Source: an uncultured Acidiferrobacteraceae bacterium | GTDB taxonomy: Bacteria > Pseudomonadota > Gammaproteobacteria > Arenicellales > UBA868 | Assembly: GCA_913062915.1 (NCBI GenBank) | Contig: CAJXWH010000001.1 | Coordinates: forward strand, 1-53,585 | Direction of reading: 5' to 3' | DNA: 53,585 nucleotides | Part shown: positions 19,055 through 27,909 of the stretch, piece by piece | Numbering within the stretch: position 1 is the first letter of the stretch | Layout: each line of letters starts with the position of its first letter | Program-made: the position numbers and the translations under genes | The notes under the pieces: generated by a model | Database searches by the model: none | What the model was told of the DNA's origin: nothing | What the model saw: the letters and a program-made list of their open reading frames with translations, nothing else

Positions 19055-19918
19055 ATGACTGACCCGACCGCATCCACAGAGGCCACTGCCGAGAGCTTTG
19101 CCAGCGCGGTGATTGAGAAATCACGCGAAATCCCTGTGCTCGTTGACTTCTGGGCCAATTGGTGTGCCCCTTGCAGGATGCTGATGCCCGTGCTGGCGGC
19201 ACTGGCGGCTGAATACTCAGGAAAGATTCAACTGGTCAAAGTAAATACCGACCAGGAACCTCAACTGGCGGCTGAATATGGTGTACGCAGTCTCCCTACG
19301 GTGAAGCTGTTCAAGGGGGGGCAAGTCATCGACGAGTTCATGGGTGTGCTGCCAGAACGGGCAGTCCGTGAATTCATCGAGCGTTACCTGGATCGCCCAG
19401 CGGATCATCAAATTCGAGCCGCGGCTGAACTCGCCGCGGCCGGACAGCACGATGAGGCCATTAAGCTACTCGCTGCGGCCCTTGTGGAAGATCCCAAATA
19501 TGACAAGACCCGATTGGCGCTTGCTGAAGAGCAGTTAGAAGCGGGGCACTTGGTGGATGCGCGCCAGACTATAAATGGGGTATCCGACCAGATCCGCTTT
19601 GACCCTCCGGTCAAATCCCTCGTTGCCCGCCTGGAACTGGCCGAAATCGCGAACAGTGATGTTGATCGGGCAACCCTGGAAAATCGTATCTCGTCGAATC
19701 CCAATGACCTGACCACGCGGGAACAACTCGGTGCGGTGTGTTTTGCTGCTGGGGAGAATGAAGCCGCAATGGAACAGTGGCTAGAAATCGTACGCCGTGG
19801 CCAAGGTGACATCAAAGAAAGCGGGCGCGAGAATCTGATTCGAACTTTCGAAGTCCTAGGCTCTCAAGATCAAGACGTCATCCGCTATCGCCGGTTCCTG
19901 GCTCAAGCCCTGAATTAG
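19055..19918 (+). CDS. Thioredoxin-domain protein with a C-terminal TPR-like domain (YbbN/CnoX-type architecture)
   Basis: 287 aa. Intact WCAPC active site in an N-terminal Trx fold, plus a helical-repeat C-terminal half. Confidence 0.8.
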   Translation: MTDPTASTEATAESFASAVIEKSREIPVLVDFWANWCAPCRMLMPVLAALAAEYSGKIQLVKVNTDQEPQLAAEYGVRSLPTVKLFKGGQVIDEFMGVLPERAVREFIERYLDRPADHQIRAAAELAAAGQHDEAIKLLAAALVEDPKYDKTRLALAEEQLEAGHLVDARQTINGVSDQIRFDPPVKSLVARLELAEIANSDVDRATLENRISSNPNDLTTREQLGAVCFAAGENEAAMEQWLEIVRRGQGDIKESGRENLIRTFEVLGSQDQDVIRYRRFLAQALN

Positions 19919-19953
19919 TCCTCTTTCTGAATCTCCATCCCGTACTACATCGG

Positions 19954-21117
19954 TCAACCACGGGGATGATGTTGCCGGTGTAAATCCTTTAAGCGCTCTT
20001 TTGCGACGTGGGTATAGATCTGCGTCGTTGACAGATCAGAATGCCCCAGCAACATTTGCAAACTGCGGAGGTCGGCACCGTTGTTCAAGAGGTGAGTTGC
20101 AAACGAATGACGCAGGGTATGCGGCGAAGGGTTTCCGCTTAATTCAGCTATTGCCGCATATTCCCGGATAAGCTGCAGAAAGCGAAAGCGAGTCATCTGA
20201 TGTGGTTTTTTAATTTTCCCTTCATTTTTCTTGCGGCGGGGACGTCTTAAAAAAACAATATTCGTCATTTCGTTATCGAGTAATTCTGGACGTTCAAAAT
20301 TTAAGTATTTATCCAAAGACTCTAACGCTTCTTCGCCCAACGGCACTATTCTTTCTTTCCCCCCTTTTCCAGTCACTCTGACGTATCCCGCTTTTTGGTG
20401 TACCTCATTCAACTTCAATTCCACTAACTCGGATACCCGAAGACCGGTGGCATAAAGAACTTCCAACATGGCCTGACCTCGAAGTGGCGCAAACAACAGT
20501 TTTGACACAGACGCTCCACTGTCGTGCTTGGTTGCTTTAGTGCCTTTTTCTCCCCTCTTGCAATCTTCGAGGACATTAGTGCGCTTTGCCCTATAGGTGA
20601 TAATTTCATCGTCTATTCTGATTATTCCGCTTTTAGCGTCGAATTGAGAGACGTCTGTTAGGCAAATCATATCTTCAGATTTGTCAACGCGTTGGCCCAA
20701 TTTGGCCAACACTTCACCCTCAAGTGGCGCTTTCAATAGCCTTACTACATCATCGGGCGAAAGAAATTTCGGCAATGAATGGCCGATCGCCGGAGACGAA
20801 ATCTTGGCACTCGGATCCTCGGCGATGATTCCCTCCCTAAAGAGATACCTATAAAACCGGCGAAGACTCGACAAATGCCTGGACGTCGAACGCGCGGCTC
20901 CGCCGCGGGACAGATCATGGGCAAGATAATCGAGCAATTGGGGTTCGCCTGCACCGGCCAAGTCATAACATCGCTCCCGAAGCCAGCGGGAGAATTGTCC
21001 TAAATCTATGCGATATGCCGCCAACGTGTTAGGGCGCAGCCCGTCTTCCGACCAAGCCGCATCAAGGAACTGGTCAATCAGCACTTGGTCGCTGTCCTTT
21101 AACTCTGCGACTTTCAT
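19954..21117 (-). CDS. xerD: Tyrosine recombinase XerD, with atypical internal insertions (387 aa versus ~298 aa)
   Basis: It is collinear with E. coli XerD at both ends. Catalytic residues are present: ATGLRVSE, GKGGKER, HTLRHSFATH, LGHSDLSTTQIYTH. It carries ~75 extra aa after LLKAPL and ~11 extra Lys/Arg-rich aa. Confidence 0.9.
   Translation of the reverse strand: MKVAELKDSDQVLIDQFLDAAWSEDGLRPNTLAAYRIDLGQFSRWLRERCYDLAGAGEPQLLDYLAHDLSRGGAARSTSRHLSSLRRFYRYLFREGIIAEDPSAKISSPAIGHSLPKFLSPDDVVRLLKAPLEGEVLAKLGQRVDKSEDMICLTDVSQFDAKSGIIRIDDEIITYRAKRTNVLEDCKRGEKGTKATKHDSGASVSKLLFAPLRGQAMLEVLYATGLRVSELVELKLNEVHQKAGYVRVTGKGGKERIVPLGEEALESLDKYLNFERPELLDNEMTNIVFLRRPRRKKNEGKIKKPHQMTRFRFLQLIREYAAIAELSGNPSPHTLRHSFATHLLNNGADLRSLQMLLGHSDLSTTQIYTHVAKERLKDLHRQHHPRG
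20482..20730. repeat. 9-bp direct repeat AAGTGGCGC (20482-20490 and 20722-20730), exactly 240 bp apart, bracketing the in-frame xerD insertion
   Basis: Read directly from the sequence. Both copies encode Ala-Pro-Leu on the minus strand. The flanks show partial further similarity. Confidence 0.7.
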
Positions 21118-23042
21118 TATTCCGACCGAACGGCTTCCAGCAGATTGAGGTTTTGCAGTTTCTGACGCAACTGCAATTGTCGATTTTCATCAGAACTTTC
21201 CTTCAACAACAAGCGGTACACGTTAAAAGCGTCCTGCAACAATCCTGCGTCAACCAATGCCTCAGCGGCCCGAAATCGAGCGCTTTGACCCCACAAGTCC
21301 AGTTGCTTACCAGCTACTTCCGAGGATTGCAAAAAAAGATCCGCCCCTTGTGCGAACCGGCCTACGCCGATCTGCGATTCACCCATCCAAAAAAGCAGTT
21401 CCCGTCGCTGCCGAACGGTGTAGGCAAATGGGCCCGCCGCCTCAAATACTTTGAGCGCGAGGTCATCGCGAGAAATCGCCTGCAGATCAAATGCAACCTG
21501 CAGTAGCCGGTCGAGTTCCTGCTCCTTGAGCTCGTCGGCATCCTCGAGAACTCGAAGCAAACGATCAGCGCCGACTTGTGACTGGCCCGAAAAAATTTCG
21601 AGTCGGGCAATCTGGAGCTGCCAGCGCCAGTGGGTCATGCCCTCGGGCAGCTGCTTGATTCTGGTAACCACCCGGGCTGCGATCGAATAATCGCCCGCTT
21701 CCAGGGCGTGTCTCGACAATCGCAGCGACAACGCGTCACCCACATCGGGTAGCAACCCCAAGGGGGCTGCGTCACCGTAAAGGGCAAGGACCACGCGGTA
21801 CAACCCATCGTTGAGCAGCAAGTCGATGAGCCCCCGGTGTGCTGCGTGTGCCGCCGGGCCTACCCCATCGTTCTGGACCAGCAGCGCGTAGATGGCGCGC
21901 GCAACCGCTGCCTGCTCCGGGGGCAGCTCATCTGCATACTTGACCCACTCCAGATCATTTCCCAGCAACAGGTGGGCGTCGTTACCGGCTATTGTCGCGA
22001 GATCGCCGTACGATTTTAGCAATCGCTCCGAGGTTGCCGCTGGAAGCATAGGAATCGCGCCAACATCGGCGGCTAACAGATTTTCCAGCATTCTCGTCCG
22101 GATCCCGGGCTGATTTGCGAGGCGTGCTGCCTCGGCGATGATCGCAGTCCGCAAGTGTTCGAGTTCAGGCGAGGCGAAGGTGAATACTTCATCGCTCTCG
22201 AGATAAGTGATCACTGCGTCGGGTTGCAGTGAACCTTCGTACAGGCGAGCCAATGCCAGCATGAGTCTCGCCTTCTGATCCTGCAATCCGACCAACTGTG
22301 CCACCGCCTTCGACGGCTCCTCGTTTTCGATCAAGATCTGACCACGCAGTAGATTCCATTCCGTGTCGTCGGGCAGATACTCGTCCTGATAGCGGACGCT
22401 CGCAGCCTCGGCGTCTGCCACTAACCCAGATTCAAGATAGTTCTGGATTAAAAGACGCCGCAGCCGAGCGGTGCGCACCGGATCACTGTTCACCAGCAGC
22501 ATCAGATCCCGCAATCCGGCACGGGCTGCCAGAAAATCGCCTTTTTTTTGCTGAGCCCGCACTAATCGCTCGAGCACCTCGAGCCGCTGATCTCCCTCGA
22601 CTTTCTCTGCAAGGACAAGCAGAGAGTCGATCAGCCGGTCGCGCTGGTTATTCTCCTCGCGGACCTCCCACAGCTCACGCTGCCAGTCAAACCAGTCGCT
22701 TTGTCCCACCCGAGCGGGCAGACCCGCGACGAGCAGAGACTCGGCCAGTGTCAGGGCGCCCGCCGACAGCAAATTGCGGATTCGCGAGAGATTGATATCC
22801 GCACTGGGTGGCAATTGCAGCGACGGACTGTCGGCAACAGTGCGGGCCGGCTCGCTGGACTGGGAGTCGGAACCGTCGTCCGTCTCAGCAATCGGGATCG
22901 GGCTGATATAGGTTTCAAAGACGGTATCGAAATTGAGGCCCGCCATGGCCTCCGCTTGAACATCCGCGGCGGCGTGGCCTGCTGCTGTTTCTTTCTCAGC
23001 AAACGCTGCGGGCTGGAGCAAAGCCCCACCCAGAAGAAACAT
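21117..23042 (-). CDS. Secreted all-helical (TPR-like) protein of unknown function
   Basis: A start at ATG 23042 (or GTG 23069) gives a signal-peptide-like MFLLGGALLQPAAFA/EKE. The longer ORF to 23186 would overlap rplS. Its stop overlaps the xerD ATG (TAATG). It is Leu/Ala/Arg-rich and helical throughout. Confidence 0.6.
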   Translation of the reverse strand: MFLLGGALLQPAAFAEKETAAGHAAADVQAEAMAGLNFDTVFETYISPIPIAETDDGSDSQSSEPARTVADSPSLQLPPSADINLSRIRNLLSAGALTLAESLLVAGLPARVGQSDWFDWQRELWEVREENNQRDRLIDSLLVLAEKVEGDQRLEVLERLVRAQQKKGDFLAARAGLRDLMLLVNSDPVRTARLRRLLIQNYLESGLVADAEAASVRYQDEYLPDDTEWNLLRGQILIENEEPSKAVAQLVGLQDQKARLMLALARLYEGSLQPDAVITYLESDEVFTFASPELEHLRTAIIAEAARLANQPGIRTRMLENLLAADVGAIPMLPAATSERLLKSYGDLATIAGNDAHLLLGNDLEWVKYADELPPEQAAVARAIYALLVQNDGVGPAAHAAHRGLIDLLLNDGLYRVVLALYGDAAPLGLLPDVGDALSLRLSRHALEAGDYSIAARVVTRIKQLPEGMTHWRWQLQIARLEIFSGQSQVGADRLLRVLEDADELKEQELDRLLQVAFDLQAISRDDLALKVFEAAGPFAYTVRQRRELLFWMGESQIGVGRFAQGADLFLQSSEVAGKQLDLWGQSARFRAAEALVDAGLLQDAFNVYRLLLKESSDENRQLQLRQKLQNLNLLEAVRSE

Positions 23043-23103
23043 CCAGCCAATGGCTTGGTGCGGCGACACCCTGGACCCCGGCGCGCGGCCCCGGGGGGCA
23101 ATA

Positions 23104-23451
23104 TCAGGAAATTTTCTGTTTAATACGGGCCGATTTTCCAGTGCGGCTGCGAAGGTAGTACAACTTGGCTCGTCGAACGTCGCCACGCCGCCTCACCTCA
23201 ATCGACGCAACCAACGGGCTGTGGGTCTGAAAAACCCTTTCCACGCCCTCCCCATAGGAGATCTTACGGACAGTAAATGACGAATTCAGGCCGCGGTTGC
23301 GCTTTGCGATAACAACGCCTTCAAAGGCTTGCAGTCGTTCGCGATCTCCTTCCTTCACCCTGACCTGCACGCGCACGGTATCGCCCGGCCCAAACTCGGG
23401 CAGATCGTTTTTCAGTTGTGCCTGCTCAAGTTCCTGGATGATATTGGTCAT
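23104..23451 (-). CDS. rplS: 50S ribosomal protein L19
   Basis: 115 aa. [32 protein letters not shown] is near-canonical L19. Confidence 0.97.
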   Translation of the reverse strand: MTNIIQELEQAQLKNDLPEFGPGDTVRVQVRVKEGDRERLQAFEGVVIAKRNRGLNSSFTVRKISYGEGVERVFQTHSPLVASIEVRRRGDVRRAKLYYLRSRTGKSARIKQKIS

Positions 23452-24200
23452 GACAAAATCTCCTCATCAATTTGCTCTCTTTGATACGACGCCAGCAGTT
23501 CATGTTGTTCTTCATTCAAAACCAGCCTTTCCATCAGATCCGGGCGCCTTTCCCAAGTTCGCCCCAGTGCCTGCTGCAAACGCCACCGGCGGATGGCTTC
23601 ATGGTTGCCGCCCAGCAGTACGCTGGGAACTGCCCGTCCGGAGAATTGTTCAGGCCGCGTGTAATGCGGCCAATCCAGTAGCCCCTCGCTGAACGATTCC
23701 GCCATCACCGACGCGTCGTTACCGAGGACCCCGGGCAGGTATCTTACCAGTCCTTCGACCAAAACCATCGCCGGTAGCTCGCCGCCGGCCAAAACGTAAT
23801 CTCCAATCGAGATTTCCTCATCGACTTCCTGCTCGATCAGCCGTTCATCAATTCCCTCATATCGCCCCGTGAGAAGCACCAACCCTGACAGAGCAGCCAG
23901 ATCTCGGATCCGACCCTGGTCCAGTCGCGCGCCCTGAGGGGTCAAGTGAATCACCCTGCCTTGAGCGCCATCCTTGCGCAACCGTTGCAACGTTTTCGTC
24001 AACGGTTTGGCCAGCATCACCATGCCAGGACCACCCCCATAGGGCCGATCGTCCACTCGCCGGTAGTTGTCGTTCGTCGAATCTCGTGGATCCCACAATC
24101 GTAAATCGAGCACGCCACACTCGATCGCCCGCCGCACACTACCGCAGCATTTCACCGCTTCGAACATCTCCGGAAAGATACTGACAATATCTATGCGCAT
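23448..24200 (-). CDS. trmD: tRNA (guanine37-N1)-methyltransferase
   Basis: [13 protein letters not shown]... and [13 protein letters not shown] motifs. I prefer the ATG at 24200 over the TTG at 24206. There is an ATGA overlap with rplS. Confidence 0.95.
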   Translation of the reverse strand: MRIDIVSIFPEMFEAVKCCGSVRRAIECGVLDLRLWDPRDSTNDNYRRVDDRPYGGGPGMVMLAKPLTKTLQRLRKDGAQGRVIHLTPQGARLDQGRIRDLAALSGLVLLTGRYEGIDERLIEQEVDEEISIGDYVLAGGELPAMVLVEGLVRYLPGVLGNDASVMAESFSEGLLDWPHYTRPEQFSGRAVPSVLLGGNHEAIRRWRLQQALGRTWERRPDLMERLVLNEEQHELLASYQREQIDEEILS

Positions 24201-24213
24201 CGCCAACCCCCGA

Positions 24214-24714
24214 TCAGAAATCGAGTTCCCAATCGACCTGAATTTGCCCCGTCAACAGATCCACTTCAACAATGGTTTTCGGTGTGTACGGAATCAGTCG
24301 TTCCCGTTCGCCCCGTACGACGAGAACGTCGTTGGCACCCGTCTCTATCACGCGCTCAACAATACCCAGATCGTCACCTGCTGCGTTGACCACCGCCAGA
24401 CTCTCTAGTTGATGCCAGTAATATTCGCCATTGTCGAGTTTTGCCAACTGCTCGGGACGGATCGCAATTTCGGTGCCGATCAATTCCCGGGCCGATTCGC
24501 GATCCTGCCACCCTTCAAGCTGCACAACCACCGTATCCTGGTGAGGGCGACCCTCTCGCACCGACACTTCCCGCCAACCGTCTTCGTGTCTAAGAAGCCA
24601 GGGATCATAGCCCAAGATTTCGCCCCGGCACCTGGAAAAATCGAATACGCGAACCTGCCCCCTTACACCAAAGAGGCCTGAAATTCGTCCCACAATGATC
24701 GGCGCGTCCGGCAC
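24214..24714 (-). CDS. rimM: Ribosome maturation factor RimM
   Basis: 166 aa. GRISGLFGVRGQVRV N-terminus (PRC barrel). Located between rpsP and trmD. GTG start. Confidence 0.9.
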   Translation of the reverse strand: MPDAPIIVGRISGLFGVRGQVRVFDFSRCRGEILGYDPWLLRHEDGWREVSVREGRPHQDTVVVQLEGWQDRESARELIGTEIAIRPEQLAKLDNGEYYWHQLESLAVVNAAGDDLGIVERVIETGANDVLVVRGERERLIPYTPKTIVEVDLLTGQIQVDWELDF

Positions 24715-24764
24715 CCCTTCTTAACCCTGCCTCTACCGCAGCCAGAAGTTCGCGACTGCTTTGG

Positions 24765-25022
24765 TCAGGCCGTTGTCGCTTCCCGTCTAACCTGCTTGAG
24801 AATGCTGGCAACCCGATCGGACGGCTTGGCACCCTGGCTGATCCAAAAATCAACACGACCGGTATCCAGCCGAACCTTCTCTTCGTTCTCGGTTGCCATC
24901 GGATTGAAAAACCCTACGCGTTCGATGAACCGTCCTTTGGGTTGGCGCCTTTGGTCAGACACCACAATGGAATAAAACGGCCGCTTCTTGGCACCACCTC
25001 GGGCCAGCCGTATCGTCACCAT
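24765..25022 (-). CDS. rpsP: 30S ribosomal protein S16
   Basis: [21 protein letters not shown] is canonical S16. Confidence 0.97.
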   Translation of the reverse strand: MVTIRLARGGAKKRPFYSIVVSDQRRQPKGRFIERVGFFNPMATENEEKVRLDTGRVDFWISQGAKPSDRVASILKQVRREATTA

Positions 25023-25110
25023 ATTCCGCTCCCGCTACTTCACTTTATAGGTATGAAAACACGACATTTTACCATACTCCGTGTTTTGGTCTGGTTTTCG
25101 AAATTTCTCT

Positions 25111-26478
25111 TCAGTGACCGAAGGGCGGTATCCCGGGTATGCCGCCCCCTTTCATCTGACCCAACATCTGCGCCAGGCCCTTTTTACCCTTGGCCTTTTT
25201 CATCACTTTTTGCAATTGTGCAAACTGCTTCAACAGACGATTGACCTCCTGCACTTCGGTTCCGGAGCCGCCGGCAATTCGCCGCTTTCGTGATCCCTTG
25301 ATCAATACCGGATGACGTCGCTCCCGAGGCGTCATTGAATTGATGATTGCGACCAGTCGGTCCATTTGCACTTGACTCGCCTGATCGAGGACACCGGCGG
25401 GCAGATTTCCGGTTCCGGGCAACTTGTCGAGCATCCCTGCAAGCCCCCCCAACTGATTCATCTGTTCCAGCTGATCCCGAAAATCATCTAGGTTAAATGC
25501 CTTTCCCTTGCCTAGTTTGCGCGCCACCTTTTCGGCTTTTTCTCGATCGACCTTGCGCTCTACCTCTTCAACCAGGGAAAGCACGTCACCCATGCCAAGG
25601 ATACGAGACGCAATCCGGTCCGGATGAAACGGATCGAGCGCGTCATTGTTTTCTCCGGTTCCAATGAATTTAATTGGTCGGCCGGTCTGGTGCCGAACGG
25701 AAAGTGCCGCTCCACCACGGGCATCGCCATCGGTCTTAGTCAGAATGACGCCTGTCAGATCAAGTTGTTCATTAAAGGCGCTGGCGCTGTTCACAGCATC
25801 CTGACCTGTCATGCTGTCGACAACGAATAACGTCTCCACGGGATTAACTGTGGCGTGAATCTTTCTGACCTCCGCCATCATCTCGCCATCGATATGCAAC
25901 CGGCCGGCAGTGTCTACGATCAGTACGTCATACCCGCCACGTCGCGCCTGCTCCAGCGCGTGGCTTGCAATGGCGATGGGATCGTTCGTATTGCCACCGC
26001 AAAACTCAACTTCGACTTCGCTCGCCAAATGCTTCAACTGATCCATCGCGGCCGGCCGATACACGTCCGTACTGGTCACAAGTACCCGCTTCCCCTGGTG
26101 CATTCGTAAGTGGCGAGCCAACTTTGCTACTGTCGTCGTCTTGCCAGTACCCTGAAGGCCAGTCACAAGAACCACCGCTGGTGGCTGCGCCACGAGATCG
26201 AGCCCATCGTTTTTTACGCCCATGAGCTCGACCAATTCATCGTACACAATCTTCACGACCGCCTGCCCAGGGGTCAGGCTGCGGGTTACTTCCTGACCCA
26301 CCGCGCGGCTCCGGACCCGATCAATAAACGTCTTAACCGCCGGCAGCGCTACATCGGCTTCGAGAAGCGCCACGCGCACATCGCGAAGCGCGTCGATGAC
26401 ATGGTCTTCGGTCAGTCGTCCTCGACCCCGAAGGTCCTGAAATGTCCGCTTAAGTCGATCTCCCAGCTGATTAAACAT
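25111..26478 (-). CDS. ffh: Signal recognition particle protein Ffh
   Basis: 455 aa. Motifs: GLQGTGKTT, DTAGR, TKTDGDARGGAALS, and a Met-rich M domain. Confidence 0.97.
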   Translation of the reverse strand: MFNQLGDRLKRTFQDLRGRGRLTEDHVIDALRDVRVALLEADVALPAVKTFIDRVRSRAVGQEVTRSLTPGQAVVKIVYDELVELMGVKNDGLDLVAQPPAVVLVTGLQGTGKTTTVAKLARHLRMHQGKRVLVTSTDVYRPAAMDQLKHLASEVEVEFCGGNTNDPIAIASHALEQARRGGYDVLIVDTAGRLHIDGEMMAEVRKIHATVNPVETLFVVDSMTGQDAVNSASAFNEQLDLTGVILTKTDGDARGGAALSVRHQTGRPIKFIGTGENNDALDPFHPDRIASRILGMGDVLSLVEEVERKVDREKAEKVARKLGKGKAFNLDDFRDQLEQMNQLGGLAGMLDKLPGTGNLPAGVLDQASQVQMDRLVAIINSMTPRERRHPVLIKGSRKRRIAGGSGTEVQEVNRLLKQFAQLQKVMKKAKGKKGLAQMLGQMKGGGIPGIPPFGH

Positions 26479-26617
26479 GGCGAAAGAGGACGGTGTGAAC
26501 TGGCAGTTGGGTTAGCAACAGGAGTTTATGAAAAAGTAAGGCAACAGAACCGATGGCAGGTCTGAGGGCATTCGAACCGTCGATTTTACACCGCACCCCA
26601 TCTCCAAGTCGGAGTAT

Positions 26618-27784
26618 CTAGTTGTCCGCCAGGCGGGAAGCAACCCACTTGTGAAAGTGATGCGTGCCTGTATCGAGCACAGGGGAAAAGGCACCGCCGT
26701 CAAAAGCACTCGAAGCGCGACCACGCTGCATACCCTCAACTGGGTCAATATCTTCAACAAACACTTCACGCCACCCGTCCAGCAATACCCTGCGTGCCTT
26801 CGCGTAGCGCTCAGTCAGAGTTTCGTCACCCACATAGTAAATTTGCAACTGCTCCACAGTTCGATCAACTGCCACGGGCAAAAGGACAACCGCATAAAAA
26901 TGATCTACTTGCAGGCCCAACAGTACATTCGGAAACAGTGCAATATATTCCGCAACTTTTTTCTCTGTCTCTGGCCAATTTTCGAATACCGGCAGGTCAA
27001 TCCCGACCTGCTCACTGAAATCAAACACAGTGGTTCCCTGGCCTGCCCCCCAGTCGCCGGCTAAAATGCTGTAATGGTCTTCAATCCTAGAATAGCGGTT
27101 GAGACCCGGATGCACCCAGGGCAGGTGATAGCTCTCGCAATAGTTCTCTACCAAAAGTTTCCAGTTGGCCCTGGCCTCCATCTCCATCCAGCCTCCGTCA
27201 TTCACCGGTCTTGCACAAGACAAGTCTCCCGCCCCCGTGAACTTTGTCCATCGTGCCTCCAGGGGCGCGATGTGCTCGTCAAATGAAGGCGCATCAGCAG
27301 AAAGATTGACGAACAACAGTTCCATCCAAACCGCGGACCGAACCGGGAAAAGCCCATGCACTTCGGGATCGAAACCTTCCAGGTGGTGAATACCATGTCC
27401 ACCAATATTGGGCGTGCCGCTTAACGAGCCATCAAAATGGTAGGTCCAACTGTGGTACGGGCATCGAATACTGCCCTGAAGTTCACAGGCCTCGTCGACC
27501 AGCTGACGCCCACGATGGCGGCAAACGTTGTGAAACACGCGAACCGTCCCGGTTGGATCCTTAACCATCAACAGCGGAAGCCCCATCAACTCGACTGGCG
27601 TCGCGCTCGCGAGTGGAAGATTATGGACATACCCGATCGCAGTCCAAGTGGGAGAAAAAACCCTGTCTCGCTCCGATCTCATCCACCCGGCGGAGGTGTA
27701 ACTTTGCGCCGGCAGTCCCACCGCATCTGCGGTGGCCTGATGAATTGCATTGTGCTGCGCAGAAGAAAGAACGGATGTCGTCAT
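26618..27784 (-). CDS. Rieske [2Fe-2S] non-haem-iron oxygenase, alpha-subunit type (GbcA/Stc2/choline monooxygenase-like)
   Basis: CRHRG-x17-CPYHSW Rieske motif. Mononuclear iron region ENYCESYHLPWVHPG. No reductase or beta subunit is adjacent. Confidence 0.85.
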   Translation of the reverse strand: MTTSVLSSAQHNAIHQATADAVGLPAQSYTSAGWMRSERDRVFSPTWTAIGYVHNLPLASATPVELMGLPLLMVKDPTGTVRVFHNVCRHRGRQLVDEACELQGSIRCPYHSWTYHFDGSLSGTPNIGGHGIHHLEGFDPEVHGLFPVRSAVWMELLFVNLSADAPSFDEHIAPLEARWTKFTGAGDLSCARPVNDGGWMEMEARANWKLLVENYCESYHLPWVHPGLNRYSRIEDHYSILAGDWGAGQGTTVFDFSEQVGIDLPVFENWPETEKKVAEYIALFPNVLLGLQVDHFYAVVLLPVAVDRTVEQLQIYYVGDETLTERYAKARRVLLDGWREVFVEDIDPVEGMQRGRASSAFDGGAFSPVLDTGTHHFHKWVASRLADN

Positions 27785-27909
27785 CGAGGCCTCCCGGTTA
27801 ATTCAAACCAACAACTCAATCGTTCTCAGATGGGCATCGCACGGAGTCCCGCAACCCACCACTATTATCAATGGATGCAACGGCAGAATTATAGATCAGT
27901 GATCGAAGG

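Noticed and set aside
23043-23186. 48-aa extension of the secreted helical protein ORF.
   Set aside because: It would overlap the rplS coding sequence by 83 nt. The internal ATG (or GTG 23069) gives a signal-peptide-like N-terminus.
26554-26578. tRNA 3'-end-like string on the minus strand (GGTTCGAATGCCCTCAGACCTGCCA), with T-loop, 5+7+1 nt and CCA spacing. It could be an att-site remnant at the core/accessory boundary.
   Set aside because: The preceding bases cannot form the T-stem. No cloverleaf is present and there is no matching tRNA in the window. TTCGAA plus a correctly spaced CCA is plausible by chance.
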